A stretch of DNA of 64,000 nt, taken from the NCBI RefSeq assembly GCF_964204645.1, contig NC_134026.1, positions 2,317,950 through 2,381,949 on the forward strand. Reading direction: 5' to 3'. The stretch comes from Tubulanus polymorphus (Eukaryota > Animalia > Nemertea). This document shows, piece by piece, positions 42,208-54,374 of this stretch. Made by a program: the position numbers and the translations under genes. How positions within the stretch are numbered: the first letter of the stretch is position 1; each line of letters opens with the position of its first letter. Below the pieces are notes generated by a model that made no database searches, was not told the origin of the DNA, and saw nothing but the letters and a program-made list of their open reading frames with translations.

Positions 42208-45200
42208 ATGTCTAAAGTTACGCCAGTGAACGATACCCTAGTGAACGGTACCCCGGTGAACGATGACGTTGAAAACGGTGGAGAGCAATCAGAAGACACC
42301 GCATCAAAGTCAGAAAGATTTAAGAAATGGATGAAAGGGCCGTTGAAAGATTGGTTGAAAGGACCGTTGAAAGAATGGTTCAAAGATAATGCGTTGCTAG
42401 TTGCAATGATATTGGCGATGATAATTGGTATAGGAATGGGAATCGGTCTGCGATTAAAACCAACTCCATGGACGAAACGAGAGATTATGTACCTCGCATT
42501 TCCAGGACAACTGCTGTTGAGAATGCTGAAGATGCTGATTTTACCACTGATCATCTCAAGTTTGATATCTGGTTTGGCAGCTTTGGATTCCAAAGCCAGC
42601 GGCCGGATTGGTTTGTTTACTATCGCTTACTACATGTGTACAACGATCATTGCTGTCATTTTGGGCATCATTTTGGTGTTGGCAATAAAACCAGGATCAA
42701 ACAGTGAGATCAAATCCACTCGAAAATCACGGATCGTGAATCCGGTTGATTCGATTTTAGATCTAATCAGGTATTGTTCATCTTTTTTCGTACTTATGTA
42801 TAATTAAAAGTCACAGAGTTCAATTAATCATTCTCTTTTCAGGAATATGTTTCCAATGAATCTCGTAGAAGCAACATTCAAGCAGGTTCGTGGCATGTAG
42901 TGCATTCATCAATTTCCATGATCGTTCTATCGAAATTTTATTCTTTACTTTTTTATGTTATTCTTTTTATCGTTTCAGACAAAAACAGTCCTTGTGAAGG
43001 AAAAGACTGAAGTCGTCAGTACAACAACTGCCACAGCTATAACTAGCGCAATGCGTAAGCTGCTGTTAACAGCTTTTGTTTTTATACAATTTCTTTGTAT
43101 CTTTTCCGTTGATCTATTTGTTCGGATAAATATTGAATGCTGGTATAAATATAATATGACAATTAAGATATCCGAAAGAAAAGAATAGTTGAATTAGAAT
43201 ATAGTTTTGGTATTCGGAACAAATTAACAGCGATTTCCAGTGACAGATTCACAGCGATGGCCGAACCCATAAACAATATTTGCATTGAATCGAAGACAAA
43301 ATCATCTTTTCTCTAATAGTTTATATGCACCATTATGTTTGTTTTTGAAAATGAATAGATAATTTTTTGTTACAGAAACAACAATGGGTACATTTGTTCA
43401 AGGTAAGCGCATTTTTGAGAACATTTATGAAAACCAAAAATCGAGTTTTAATATTTGAAGCTCGTTCTGCAAGTCTTTCTCCCCGTTTCAGAAACGGATG
43501 AAGGTTATTACCCGACTGTGACCCTTTCCAGCGGTTCTAACATTCTCGGCATCGTAGTTTTCGTAATTGCTTTCGGCATTGTGATCGGTAGATTGGGTGA
43601 AAAAGGACGACCTTTGGTTCTATTTTTCGATTCCCTGAACGAAGCTGTTATGAAACTCATCACGATAGTTATATGGTACGTATGAACCTGGTGAGGTTTG
43701 TATGAGTTGTGCTTATTGAATGAAGTTTAAATAATAAACATATCAACGCTTTCAATTCGGTCAGTTGTGATTTCAAGCGACTGTGTATTATCAACGGCCC
43801 AATTTCCCCCCTCCCTTTAGATAGGGCTATACAACACAACAAGTACATAGATTCTAGAATCGTTTTCAGGTATTCTCCGATCGGTGTGGTATTTCTGGTG
43901 GCGGCAAAGATTGTAGCTATGGACAAACCGACTGAGGTCCTCACACAACTCGGAAAATACATGGGCACAGTTTTGGCCGGTTTGGCAATTCACGGTTTGA
44001 TCATTCTACCGGTGATATACGCGGTTATCGTTAGAAAAAATCCATTCACTTTCATTTATAAAGTTGGCCAGGCTCTGATAACAGCATTAGCCACGGCATC
44101 CAGGTGAGCGGAAGACTTAGAAATAAAGCGAAATCGAAATTACATAAGTGACGTTCATATTGATGAAAACACGTTTTCCAATGTCCATTCATATTGTTAT
44201 CCATTGCATAGCGCATAAGTTCAAGGGTTTTGGTTTTTTCTTTAAATAGTGCGGCCACACTTCCGGTCACATTCCAGTGTTTGGAAGAGAAAAACAAAGT
44301 CGACAAGCGAGTGACACGATTCATGCTTCCCATCGGTGCCACAATAAACATGGATGGAACAGCTCTGTACGAAGCTGTAGCCGCCATTTTCATAGCACAA
44401 ATCAACAACATCACTTTGAGTTTTGGCCAAGTAATCGTTGTGAGGTGAAAATAATTCAACATTTACAGTAACGGCAATAATAATAATAATACGTGTCAGA
44501 TCACTTTAGTGAACTCATCATTTGATAAATCAACACTATATATTAAAGTTCGTACGTATTTGCTCAGATGAGCTTTAACGATCAAGAATGTCTCAATAAA
44601 TTCTCTATAACAGACAATTTATAGTATTCGTTTTCATCAAGAAAATAAAATTCGAAAATTAGTGATAAGCGCATGAACTTATTCATAAAATGCAGTACAT
44701 CACTAATGAACATCGAAGCTCCATCTCAATAATTATGTATGAGATATTCTGTATGTACTTGCAAAGCGCTTTCAGCGAATAATACGTCAATCGACCTAAG
44801 TATTTCATAGTTATAGATAATACAGTCTTATATTATTATCACATTTTCTACTGTTTTTCGCTGTAGTTGAAATTCATTATTTCGATTGATTTCAGCATAA
44901 CTGCTACGGCCGCTTCTATCGGAGCGGCTGGTGTACCTCAAGCAGGTCTTGTCACCATGATTATAGTGCTAACGGCAGTAGGGCTACCGTCCGACGACAT
45001 CTCTCTGATTTTGGCTATCGATTGGTTCCTGTAAGTAGCTGTAAAATCTTCATTATTTTTATCGACCGAGTTTTAATACTCGTGGATTTGTTCAAGATTC
45101 GAACCCCTAAGGAATCGAGACTCAAAATAATGCATTGGACGTTGAATTCTACGATATATATTTGACCTGCTGGGTTTTCTGTTTTGTAGGGACCGTTTCA

Positions 45201-45439
45201 GAACATCAGTGAACGTACTTGGAGATTCGATCGGAACTGGCGTAGTTGAGAAACTGTGTCACGAACAACTGAAAGATCCTGCCGATGACATAGAACTAAA
45301 GCCAGTAGAAAATGAAGTTGGTGAAACAAACGAAAACTCCGTCGTCGAAAAGCAGGTTCCAAAACCAAATTCTTCGAATGGAATAGAGCCGAAAAACGAT
45401 GCCGAAAGCAAAAATAAAACCAATACAAAGAAAGCATAG
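42208..45439 (+). CDS. SLC1A: Excitatory amino acid transporter (SLC1/EAAT), tandem copy 1, ~568 aa
   Basis: Exons 42208-42770, 42843-42885, 42979-43054, 43376-43402, 43492-43675, 43870-44103, 44250-44444, 44896-45030, 45190-45439, in frame. Motifs [64 protein letters not shown]. Confidence 0.95.
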
Positions 45440-45492
45440 ATATATTTCGAATGTTTCCATGTAAACCTTATAGATAGATCTAATGATATTTG

Positions 45493-45585
45493 ATAAATTG
45501 GTAATACTTATATCCAGTTAGTATAAATTGGTAATACTTATATCCAGTTAGTATAAATTGATAATATTTATATTCAGTTAGTATA
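45493..45585. repeat. 30-bp minisatellite x3 in EAAT copy 1 3' region
   Basis: ataaattggtaatacttatatccagttagt three times, the third degenerate. Confidence 0.85.
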
Positions 45586-45647
45586 GTTCACTTTTTTGAT
45601 GCCACTATAAAACGTTACAATAATGATTACATACATTGATAACTGCG

Positions 45648-45790
45648 TTAAGGGGCCAGTGTGAGTCGATGTGCACTACGTCATCAATATTGGCGTTTCA
45701 AAATAAAAATTACGATTGTGAATTTGGCGTTTATTTTGAATTCGAATATTTTCTAACGTTCTCATGTTCTCTTCAATAAATTCCCATGTC
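45648..45790 (+). mobile_element. Same repeat family, fragment between the two EAAT copies
   Basis: ttaaggggccagtgtgagtcgatgtgcactacgtcatcaatattggcgtttcaaaataa matches 29924 onward. Confidence 0.65.
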
Positions 45791-46826
45791 TTATCAATTT
45801 ATTGTGGCTTTGCTTGCGGGAACGAAGTTTCCCACTTCATCCGGCATCTGAAAGATTGCAAAATTGTTTATTAATTCGTGGTAATGGTGTAAGTTAACCA
45901 CGGACTAATGAGAAAATTAAGAAAGTAGGAAAAGTGTATGACCAAAATATGATGACAACCTGTTTCTGTAAATTAAACCCAGAATTGTTATTGGTTTTTT
46001 ACGTATTTCAATACATTAATATGATTTATAGTTTCAAATTCTGTAGCTTCTTTTATTCGACGACTGATTATGCAGGAGTTATAAGCTTTATTTACCATTC
46101 AGATGTCTAGAATTTAGACGTTATTAATTGTCCTATTCAGGCTTTCAGTTTGGTCAAATGAATGGAATGCACAGAGGACTTTCAAAAAGTTCTATCAGTA
46201 ACAATTGCAATAACAGATGATGACAACTGCCTCAGTGAATGATAATACACAATATTGTGAACGATCATTTACGCATTTTAATCCTCTGATAATGACGAAG
46301 TTTCAACTTATATAACTTCTTTGTTATTCGGCAGCTGATTATGCGTGATTTGTTAGCGTCTTTATTCGTCGTCAGATGTCAATTAGAATTTAGATAGCCC
46401 CTCATTTCAGATATATACGACCTCATTTGTCCTATTCAGGTTTTCAGCATGGAATACATTATACTTTGAAATGAGTGAAATGCACGTAGGACTTCCTGGT
46501 ATAGAACTTTCTACTGAGGATCGGCATTCACTAAGTTCTTAAGTAGCAATTGTTCGCATTTTCATGTTTGGTTTTTGGTATATGAGTCTATAGATTTAGT
46601 CTGACTGGTTGAAAGTTCCGTGATCGATCAGTGACTTAAGGCATACACATATTAATACGGTACGCTGAAATGAAAGTTTTCTTGCATTGAAAGCAATTTC
46701 TAGTGCGGTTGATGTAAGAGATACCTTGGCTGGAGACTTGGTGAAGATATTCATCGAATTTGAAAGACGTGGATAAATCAAGTACTAGAAGATTAAAGTC
46801 AGACTTGTGACCGCTTCGAACTAGAT

Positions 46827-49800
46827 ATGTCTAGTGTAACGTATCCTCCAGCCAACGATGACGTTGAAAACGGTGGAGAGCAATCAAAAAATACAGCACC
46901 GAAATCGAGTTCTGAAAAATGTCGGATATGGTTCAAAGATAATGCGTTACTAATTGCAATGATATTGGCGATGATAATTGGTATAGGAATGGGAATCGGT
47001 CTGCGATTAAAACCAACTCCATGGACGAAACGAGAGATTATGTACCTCGCATTTCCAGGACAACTGCTGTTGAGAATGCTGAAGATGCTGATTTTACCAC
47101 TGATCATCTCAAGTTTGATATCTGGTTTGGCAGCTTTGGATTCCAAAGCCAGCGGCCGGATTGGTTTGTTTACTATCGCTTACTACATGTGTACAACGAT
47201 CATTGCTGTCATTTTGGGCATCATTTTGGTGTTGGCAATAAAACCAGGATCAAACAGTGAGATCAAATCCACTCGAAAATCACGGATCGTGAATCCGGTT
47301 GATTCGATTTTAGATCTAATCAGGTATTGTTCATCTTTGTTCGTACTTATATATAATTAAAAGTCACAGAGTTCAATTAATCATTCTCTTTTCAGGAATA
47401 TGTTTCCAATGAATCTCATAGAAGCAACATTCAAGCAGGTTCGTGGCATGTAGTGCATTCATCAATTTCCATGATCGTTCTATCGAAAATTATTTTTTTA
47501 ATCGTTTCAGACAAAAACAGTCCTTGTGAAGGAAAAGATAAAAGTCGTCAGTACAACAACTGCTACAACTTTAATGTCTAGTGTGTCCAACGCAACGCGT
47601 AAGCTGCTGCTAACATCTATAAAAACTTATTCAATATTTTTAAACCTTTTCGTTAATTATCTCTTCTCAATGTTATGATTTAATTAACATATCCGAGTTT
47701 TGGTTACATTGTAATTGTTTTTAACGATGATGAATCATTTGTTTCAGAAACAACAATAGGCACATTTGTTCAAGGTAAGCACATTGTATTTCTCGATAAA
47801 TGTACCAACTCGATAAATTGTATTTTTGACAGGATCTATCTAAGAATTCTTATATCTAAGAATTCTTATTATCGAGTTTTAATATTTGAAGCTCGTTCTG
47901 CAAGTCTTTCTCCCCGTTTCAGAAACGGATGAAGGTTATTACCCGACTGTGACCCTTTCCAGCGGTTCTAACATTCTCGGCATCGTAGTTTTCGTAATTG
48001 CTTTCGGCATTGTGATCGGTAGATTGGGTGAAAAAGGACGACCTTTGGTTGTTTTTTTCGATTCCCTGAACGAAGCTATTATGAAACTCATCAGAATAGT
48101 TATATGGTACGTATGAACTTGGTGAGGTTTGTTTGAGTTGTGCTTATTGAATGAAGTTTTAAAATAGATGTATCGAAAGTCAATAGAAACCTGATCAGTA
48201 CATGTTAATATAATAATATGCACTGGTATGTGGTCTTGAAATAGACACCGGTAATATACATATCCGTGAATCTATCAAGACGTTATCCAGAAAGGTTTCA
48301 AATCATTTTGACGCCGTAAAATCCGTTACAATAATGTTTACTAAACATACATTGATACGTGCCTAGCTAGTATGCGTTATTTAAGGGGTTATGTGTGATT
48401 CGTCGATGTGCAATGTCAAACATTGTGAATTTCAGCGTTTGTTTTTTAATTAGAATATGTTTCATAACTCTGATTTCGTTTTTGATAAATTTCAAAGTTA
48501 AGAGGATGTGCACTACGTCATCGTCATCGTTGGTCAATTCAATTCAATTAACAATGTATTCAAATCCAAAATAGTCAATATTCTTTATTGATCCTTGAAG
48601 AAATTATTATCAATTTATATTATGTAATTTATTTTCGACGATATTGTGCAATAAATATGTTATTTTTCAAGCGGTAATTATTTTCAAGTTAGTTATCTAA
48701 TTACGAGGGTGCTACACAAAGAAACAACTACATAAATTCTGAAAATCGTTTTCAGGTATTCTCCGATCGGTGTGATATTTCTGGTGGCGGCAAAGATTGT
48801 AGCTATGGACAAACCGGCTGTCATCCTCGCGCAACTCGGAAAATACATGGGCACAGTTTTGGCCGGTTTGGCAATTCACGGTTTGATCATTCTACCGGTG
48901 ATATACGCGGTTATCGTTAGAAAAAATCCATTCACTTTCATTTATAAAGTCGTCCAGGCTCTGATAACAGCATTAGCCACGGCATCCAGGTGAGAGGAAG
49001 ACTTAGAATTAAAGCGAAATCGAAATTACATAAGTGACGTTCATATTGATGAAAACACGTTTTCCAATGTCCATTCATATTGTTATCCATTGCACAGCGC
49101 ATGTATTCTGGATCTTTTTCATAAAATAGTTCGGCCACACTTCCGGTCACATTCCAGTGTTTGGAAGAGAAAAACAAAGTCGACAAGCGAGTGACACGAT
49201 TCATGCTACCGATCGGTGCCACAATAAACATGGATGGAACAGCTCTGTACGAAGCTGTAGCCGCCATTTTCATAGCACAAATCAACAACATCACTTTGAG
49301 CGTTGGCCAAGTAATAGTTGTGAGGTAGAAATAATTTCGAGAATATCTGAATTAAACTTATTCAATTCACTAAACTTAAAATTGATTACATCAATTTTCA
49401 TCGAAACGTTTTTTTATGAAGACGTATTATTACATGAAATTATTGAGAGATGCATGATAGGGGTCTGAACAGGGCTATAGAGTGATTCAGGGCTGTAAAT
49501 CACTAACGGACGTGGATGGCTCATCAAAAATCAAAATTCTCTATCGACTTAAGTGTTTCATAGTTATTAATTGTAGTCTTGTATTATCATGATCATTTTC
49601 TCCTTTTTTTCGCTGTAGTTGAAATTCATTAATTTGATTTATTTCAGCATAACTGCTACGGCCGCTTCTATCGGAGCGGCTGGTGTACCTCAAGCAGGTC
49701 TTGTCACCATGATTATAGTGCTAACGGCAGTAGGGCTTCCGTCCAATGACATCTCTCTGATTTTGGCTATCGATTGGTTCCTGTAAGTAGCTATGAAATC

Positions 49801-50184
49801 TTCATTGTTTTTATAGACTCATAAATTATATTTTGATATTCGTGGATTTGTTCACGATTTGAACCCAGATCGAATTGAGACTCGAAATAATGCATCGGGC
49901 ATTGAATTCTACGATTTTTTATTTGACCGTGTTGACGGTTGGATTTTCTGTTTTGTAGGGACCGTTTCAGAACATCAGTGAACGTACTTGGCGATTCGAT
50001 CGGAACTGGCGTAGTTGAGAAGCTGTGTCACGAACAACTGAAATATTCCGCTGATGACATAGAACTAATGCCAGTGGAAAATGAAGTTGGCATTACTAAC
50101 GAAAATTGCGTTGTCGAAAAGCAGGTTCAACCATCACTAGAAAACTCTTCCGATGAAATAGAGCCGACAGATGCGAAACTATAG
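46827..50184 (+). CDS. SLC1A: Excitatory amino acid transporter (SLC1/EAAT), tandem copy 2, ~542 aa
   Basis: Exons 46827-47323, 47396-47438, 47511-47598, 47748-47774, 47923-48106, 48756-48989, 49130-49324, 49648-49782, 49959-50184. Same motifs as copy 1, with HP1 TASSSATLP. Confidence 0.95.
48306..48575 (+). mobile_element. Same repeat family, in intron 5 of EAAT copy 2 only
   Basis: tagctagtatgcgttatttaagggg..gatgtgcactacgtcatc..aattcaattcaat. Absent from the homologous intron of copy 1. Confidence 0.6.
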
Positions 50185-51030
50185 ATATGTAGCGAATACA
50201 CAAACTATTTCATTAAACCTTAGATTTTGTCCAATTTATTTACATTATTGATTATAGTTAGTTTTTTTTAAATATTCTTTTAACTTTATATTCAAGATTT
50301 ATATTCGATTGTTCAACTTTTATCTTTATACAAAATAAGAGAGAAAAAATAAGTAACTCCCTTTACAAAGTCTTAAGACTTCGAGAATCGCGGATTTTTT
50401 ACTGCTTTCTTCTTAATTCAGTTGGAGGCCGAAATACATTTTGAAGTTTGTGGTTTGACCGTTTACTTTTTATTTATCTCTCAAATTTATTTAAGTCAAT
50501 AAAGAAATATGTAAATGATTTCGATACGTATTAAGTCGAGATAATTTCCTTTTATCAGATCTTATGGGGAGCATCAGCAACTTCAGCTTTCAAAGGTTCT
50601 TGTATACGAAGAAGTGGCTTATAGCGTGGTGTATATATGTTAGTTGTTAGCAATATGGGAAAAACAACATTCTCTGCAGTTCATTTTCCAACGCGTTAAC
50701 AGTCTGACGGAGGATTAATCAAGTCTCCGGTGATGATTGACAGCTCCGAGACAATACGATGGCGGATAGGTACTCGCATGCCACAGCTAGATTCTTCCTT
50801 CCAGACGACAGTGCTATCGAGAAACGACTGTATAACACACGTTTCAGGCGTATTCAACAGTTTCACACTCGACCTCTGCAATTCAACTGTTCCATCAGCT
50901 TTTATATTGAAAGAATCATTTCGTTCCCACGATCGACGAACCCCGAAAGGGCGCACTTTCTCTATTAGTAATAATCATTTATTTACGAATGATATAATTT
51001 TCGTGAAAAAATAAGAACTAGAACGGACAA

Positions 51031-51220
51031 GTGGCTGATTCGGGCCACATCTTTCACCGTCCTCCACAAGAACGCGCAAAAACAGATTTTATTCCCCGAA
51101 AACGTGAAATAAAAAGCACATTTCGCGCGAGAAAACAAAAAAAACGGGCCAATGTGAAAAAATGTTTATCGTTGCTCTAGCCGTACAGACAAATTTTCTA
51201 GTATGGCCCGAATCAGCCAC
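51031..51220. mobile_element. MITE-like element with 17-bp perfect inverted repeats
   Basis: GTGGCTGATTCGGGCCA ... TGGCCCGAATCAGCCAC, ~430 bp upstream of the CAP gene ATG. Confidence 0.65.
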
Positions 51221-51654
51221 CATTCGCGCCATAAATGTTCTATATACTGTTCTGCAGCCACAATTAGTATTTATACATGATTCTTTACTGAATATATTTT
51301 GAATCGAATTTGAATTGAATTAAATGTGCATTAATCAACACAATGCTGAATATAACAATTCTACATATAACCAAGTAAATAGATTATACTCCCATTATTA
51401 TACCAAGATATATAGTATACGCAAAAATTGCATGGATGTGGAAATATGTGATTTACTCGCCGACATAGTAACAATTACTACACGCCTTTAGATGTCAGTT
51501 GTATGACTTCAACAGCTGATTTTTCTCATCTCTCAACTGGAAGTCCTTTTCCCATCATCTGCCACACTTGAGCTCTGAAAAACCGACATACTTAACGTCG
51601 TTATAAAAACCAAGAGCCACCATCGCACTCTTAATCATCTTCAACAATCCGAGG

Positions 51655-54374
51655 ATGTTCAATCCAGCTACTAAATTGATTATATTCTGTGGTGTTTTGT
51701 GTGGAAATGGTGTGATCTGTCGAGCCGACCACAAGAATTGGGGTTTGAAGCTCAATTCTGGCTATTCGAAAAAAGAGAAACAGTTTATGTTGGATATGCA
51801 TAACATGGTCCGTGCTCGAGTTGCCAAAGGACAAGATGGGGAACCTCAAGCCGCAAATATGATAGCTTTGGTAATACTTTTCATGAAATTAATTCGATTT
51901 GATTCTGACAATATCCCAACCATCATTGTAAAATCCGTCGAAGGACAAGATGTTCATGAATTTAATCGTTGACTTATTTAGGAATGGGATGATAGGCTAG
52001 AGAACCAAGCGCAGCGTTGGACAGACGGTTGTCATCAAGGTCACAACACAAACGATCAGAGAAAATTCAAGCCTTACGGTATTGTAGGACAGAACTATCA
52101 ACTTAATGGAGGAATCAAAATGTAAGTCACCATTCCTGTATCTTCAGTATTATCATCATCAGACTTCAATGAGAAACTATTGTTTCTATTTTCGAATGTA
52201 GAGCGGTAATGGGCTGGTATAATGAGTACAAGCAATACACGTATAGTACACGTCGCTGCAGTGGTATTTGTGGACATTATACACAGGTAAGAGTAGCAAT
52301 TTATAATATTCCAAACAAATCGTTTGCAAATTTACATAAACCAATTTCTTTCATTTATCTGTAATTTCTCTGTAATATCTGTCGCTCTGTTTAATGGTTT
52401 ATCAACTTTTTGTAAATCATGAGAAATTCCAGAATTTTAAATTCTATACATTAATGAATTCAAGATCGCTTGGGCAAAGACGCGTTTAGTGGGATGCGGT
52501 CACAGATCTGGTTGTGCGCGGACATATCCGACGGAGGTATTCTGTGACTATGCCTGGGGGTGAGTTGATTAATCTGAGAAATAGGACAAATTGGATCCAG
52601 TCTCGCGCGGATTCTAGTAGGATCTAGCGATGCGACCTGCGTGATGAGGTCCAAAATGATTATACATATTCACTAATCAATGTAACTCGTATGACATTGG
52701 ATTCAGTCATTCGCTCTCAATGATCAGGTGATGATTGATTTTTCAGTGGTAACTACCCAATGGATTACATAGGTGCACCTCACCCATATATCACTGGAAG
52801 GGCTTGCTCTAAATGTCCTCCTGGTTACAGTTTCTGTATGGATGGTTTATTGTGCGGTATGCTGCTATTTTGCCTTTTTTCAAATTGTTGCATTTCGATT
52901 GATTCCTCGTGTATTCACGCGAGTGGTTTTATACGTTTGTAGCTACGAAAAGAGCATGCGACAGCACCACCGCTTCTTCCTGCAGTAAGTTATCATTAAT
53001 TCCCTCATTTTCTCGATGAATCGTTTTAGATTATGAATAGAATCATCTTTTAGCAGAGAAATAATCATAAACGTGATTTTACTCGATAAATAAAGTCAGT
53101 GTTTTCTTTCACTTAGAATGTGTACTTTCGTCATGCAAGAATGGGAAATTGAACCGTGCTGAGTGTAAATGTGAATGTGATGCCGAGTGGGATGGAGTTC
53201 AATGTGACAGTAAGTGAAGATACAGTTTCCGTAAGATAACGATATCGTTTAGGCCTAACATGAACGAAAAATCACGCTGCAATATATTTATCAGAAATTA
53301 AAAGCAATTTAGGCCAAAAAAAATTGATACCTTGTTTCTCCGCTCTGCTGAGCTTAAATGTTGACCCGGCCGGCCGCCTATCTACCCTATACATTACTTT
53401 TTTTTAAATCGTGATCAATTTCACTATAACAGACCCGGCCGCTATAGAAATGAACTGTTTATAAATTTTATCATATTTTACAAAAATGACCCGGCCGCTG
53501 CGGAGAAACAAGGTATCATTTTTGTTTAGCCTTAAGTACGTATATCCTATCTGAAACCTGGCGAATAAAATTCTACTTTCAATGATAGAACCTTGTAAGG
53601 ACACGAAGACGAACTACTGTCCATATAACATGGGTTTATGTGCTTGGAATAGTCTAGGGATTGCTGGACAACAAGAAGTTTGTCGCAAATCGTGCGGATT
53701 TTGTCGTAAGTTCGGAAACATTTCTACGGTTTCTCTGTTGAAGCTTTATCAATGATATTACCGATATGTCTCCTTGATTCAGTCCTCTTGTCAGTACAGT
53801 ACAGTATACCATCCGAATTTACAAGATTGTGATATTCTTTCCAGCTGGATTTGATTTAGATGACCCTGGCTTGAGAAACAGAGAACGTTTAGAGACTCGT
53901 GTTAATTTGGAGCTCGATCGTGAGTGTAGTTTTAAAGCGTATTAAACCTATAAAAGTAATTATCTCCGAAAACAGATGAAAGATAATCTTTTACGAATTT
54001 AGAAAGTGCTTTTCTATTTGAATTTCAGTCGAATGGACTGACGGCGTTAAAGACAAGAATGGAGGGGGTGGCGGAGGTGGTGGTGGCGGTAGCGGAGGTG
54101 GAGGAGGCGGAAGTCGTAAGAAAGGTAAAATACGCGACTATTCAAATAAATACATCACTATAATAATAGATAATGTTTTTATTTAGACGAACGATTTACG
54201 TGAACATTTCTTAGTTCCCTCTGCCTCCGTTTTAAGATTGATACTTTTTTCCATGTTGTAGGTAACTGCCCGGATGAAAACAATAATTGCCCGTATTGGG
54301 CATCGGTAGGAGAATGCAATATAAATCCTGGTTATATGCATCTTTACTGTAAAGGCTCGTGTAATAAGTGTTAA
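51655..54374 (+). CDS. Secreted CAP/SCP (CRISP-like) protein with EGF-like, ShK-like, Gly-linker and C-terminal ShKT domains, ~393 aa
   Basis: Exons 51655-51870, 51982-52121, 52202-52286, 52465-52559, 52747-52856, 52943-52984, 53117-53209, 53589-53705, 53845-53919, 54029-54124, 54262-54374; total length divisible by 3. Signal-like N-terminus, HNMVRA, PQAANM, EWDDRL, GQN, WYNE, CGHYTQIAWAKTRLVGCG, CDY..GGN, PY..G.ACSKCP hinge, EGF CKCECDAEWDGVQC, ShKT CPDENNNCPYWASVGECNINPGYMHLYCKGSCNKC. Confidence 0.9.
53311..53532. mobile_element. MITE in CAP gene intron
   Basis: TIRs AGGCCAAAAAAAATTGATACCTTGTTTCTCCGC / GCGGAGAAACAAGGTATCATTTTTGTTTAGCCT. Internal gacccggcc repeats. Confidence 0.75.

Noticed and set aside
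45085-45125. Minus-strand GGTTCGAATC tRNA B-box-like motif
   Set aside because: No cloverleaf; at most a SINE fragment in an intron.
42195-49468. Antisense and alternative-frame ORFs over the EAAT exons
   Set aside because: Shadows of the real CDS; their duplication just reflects the gene duplication.
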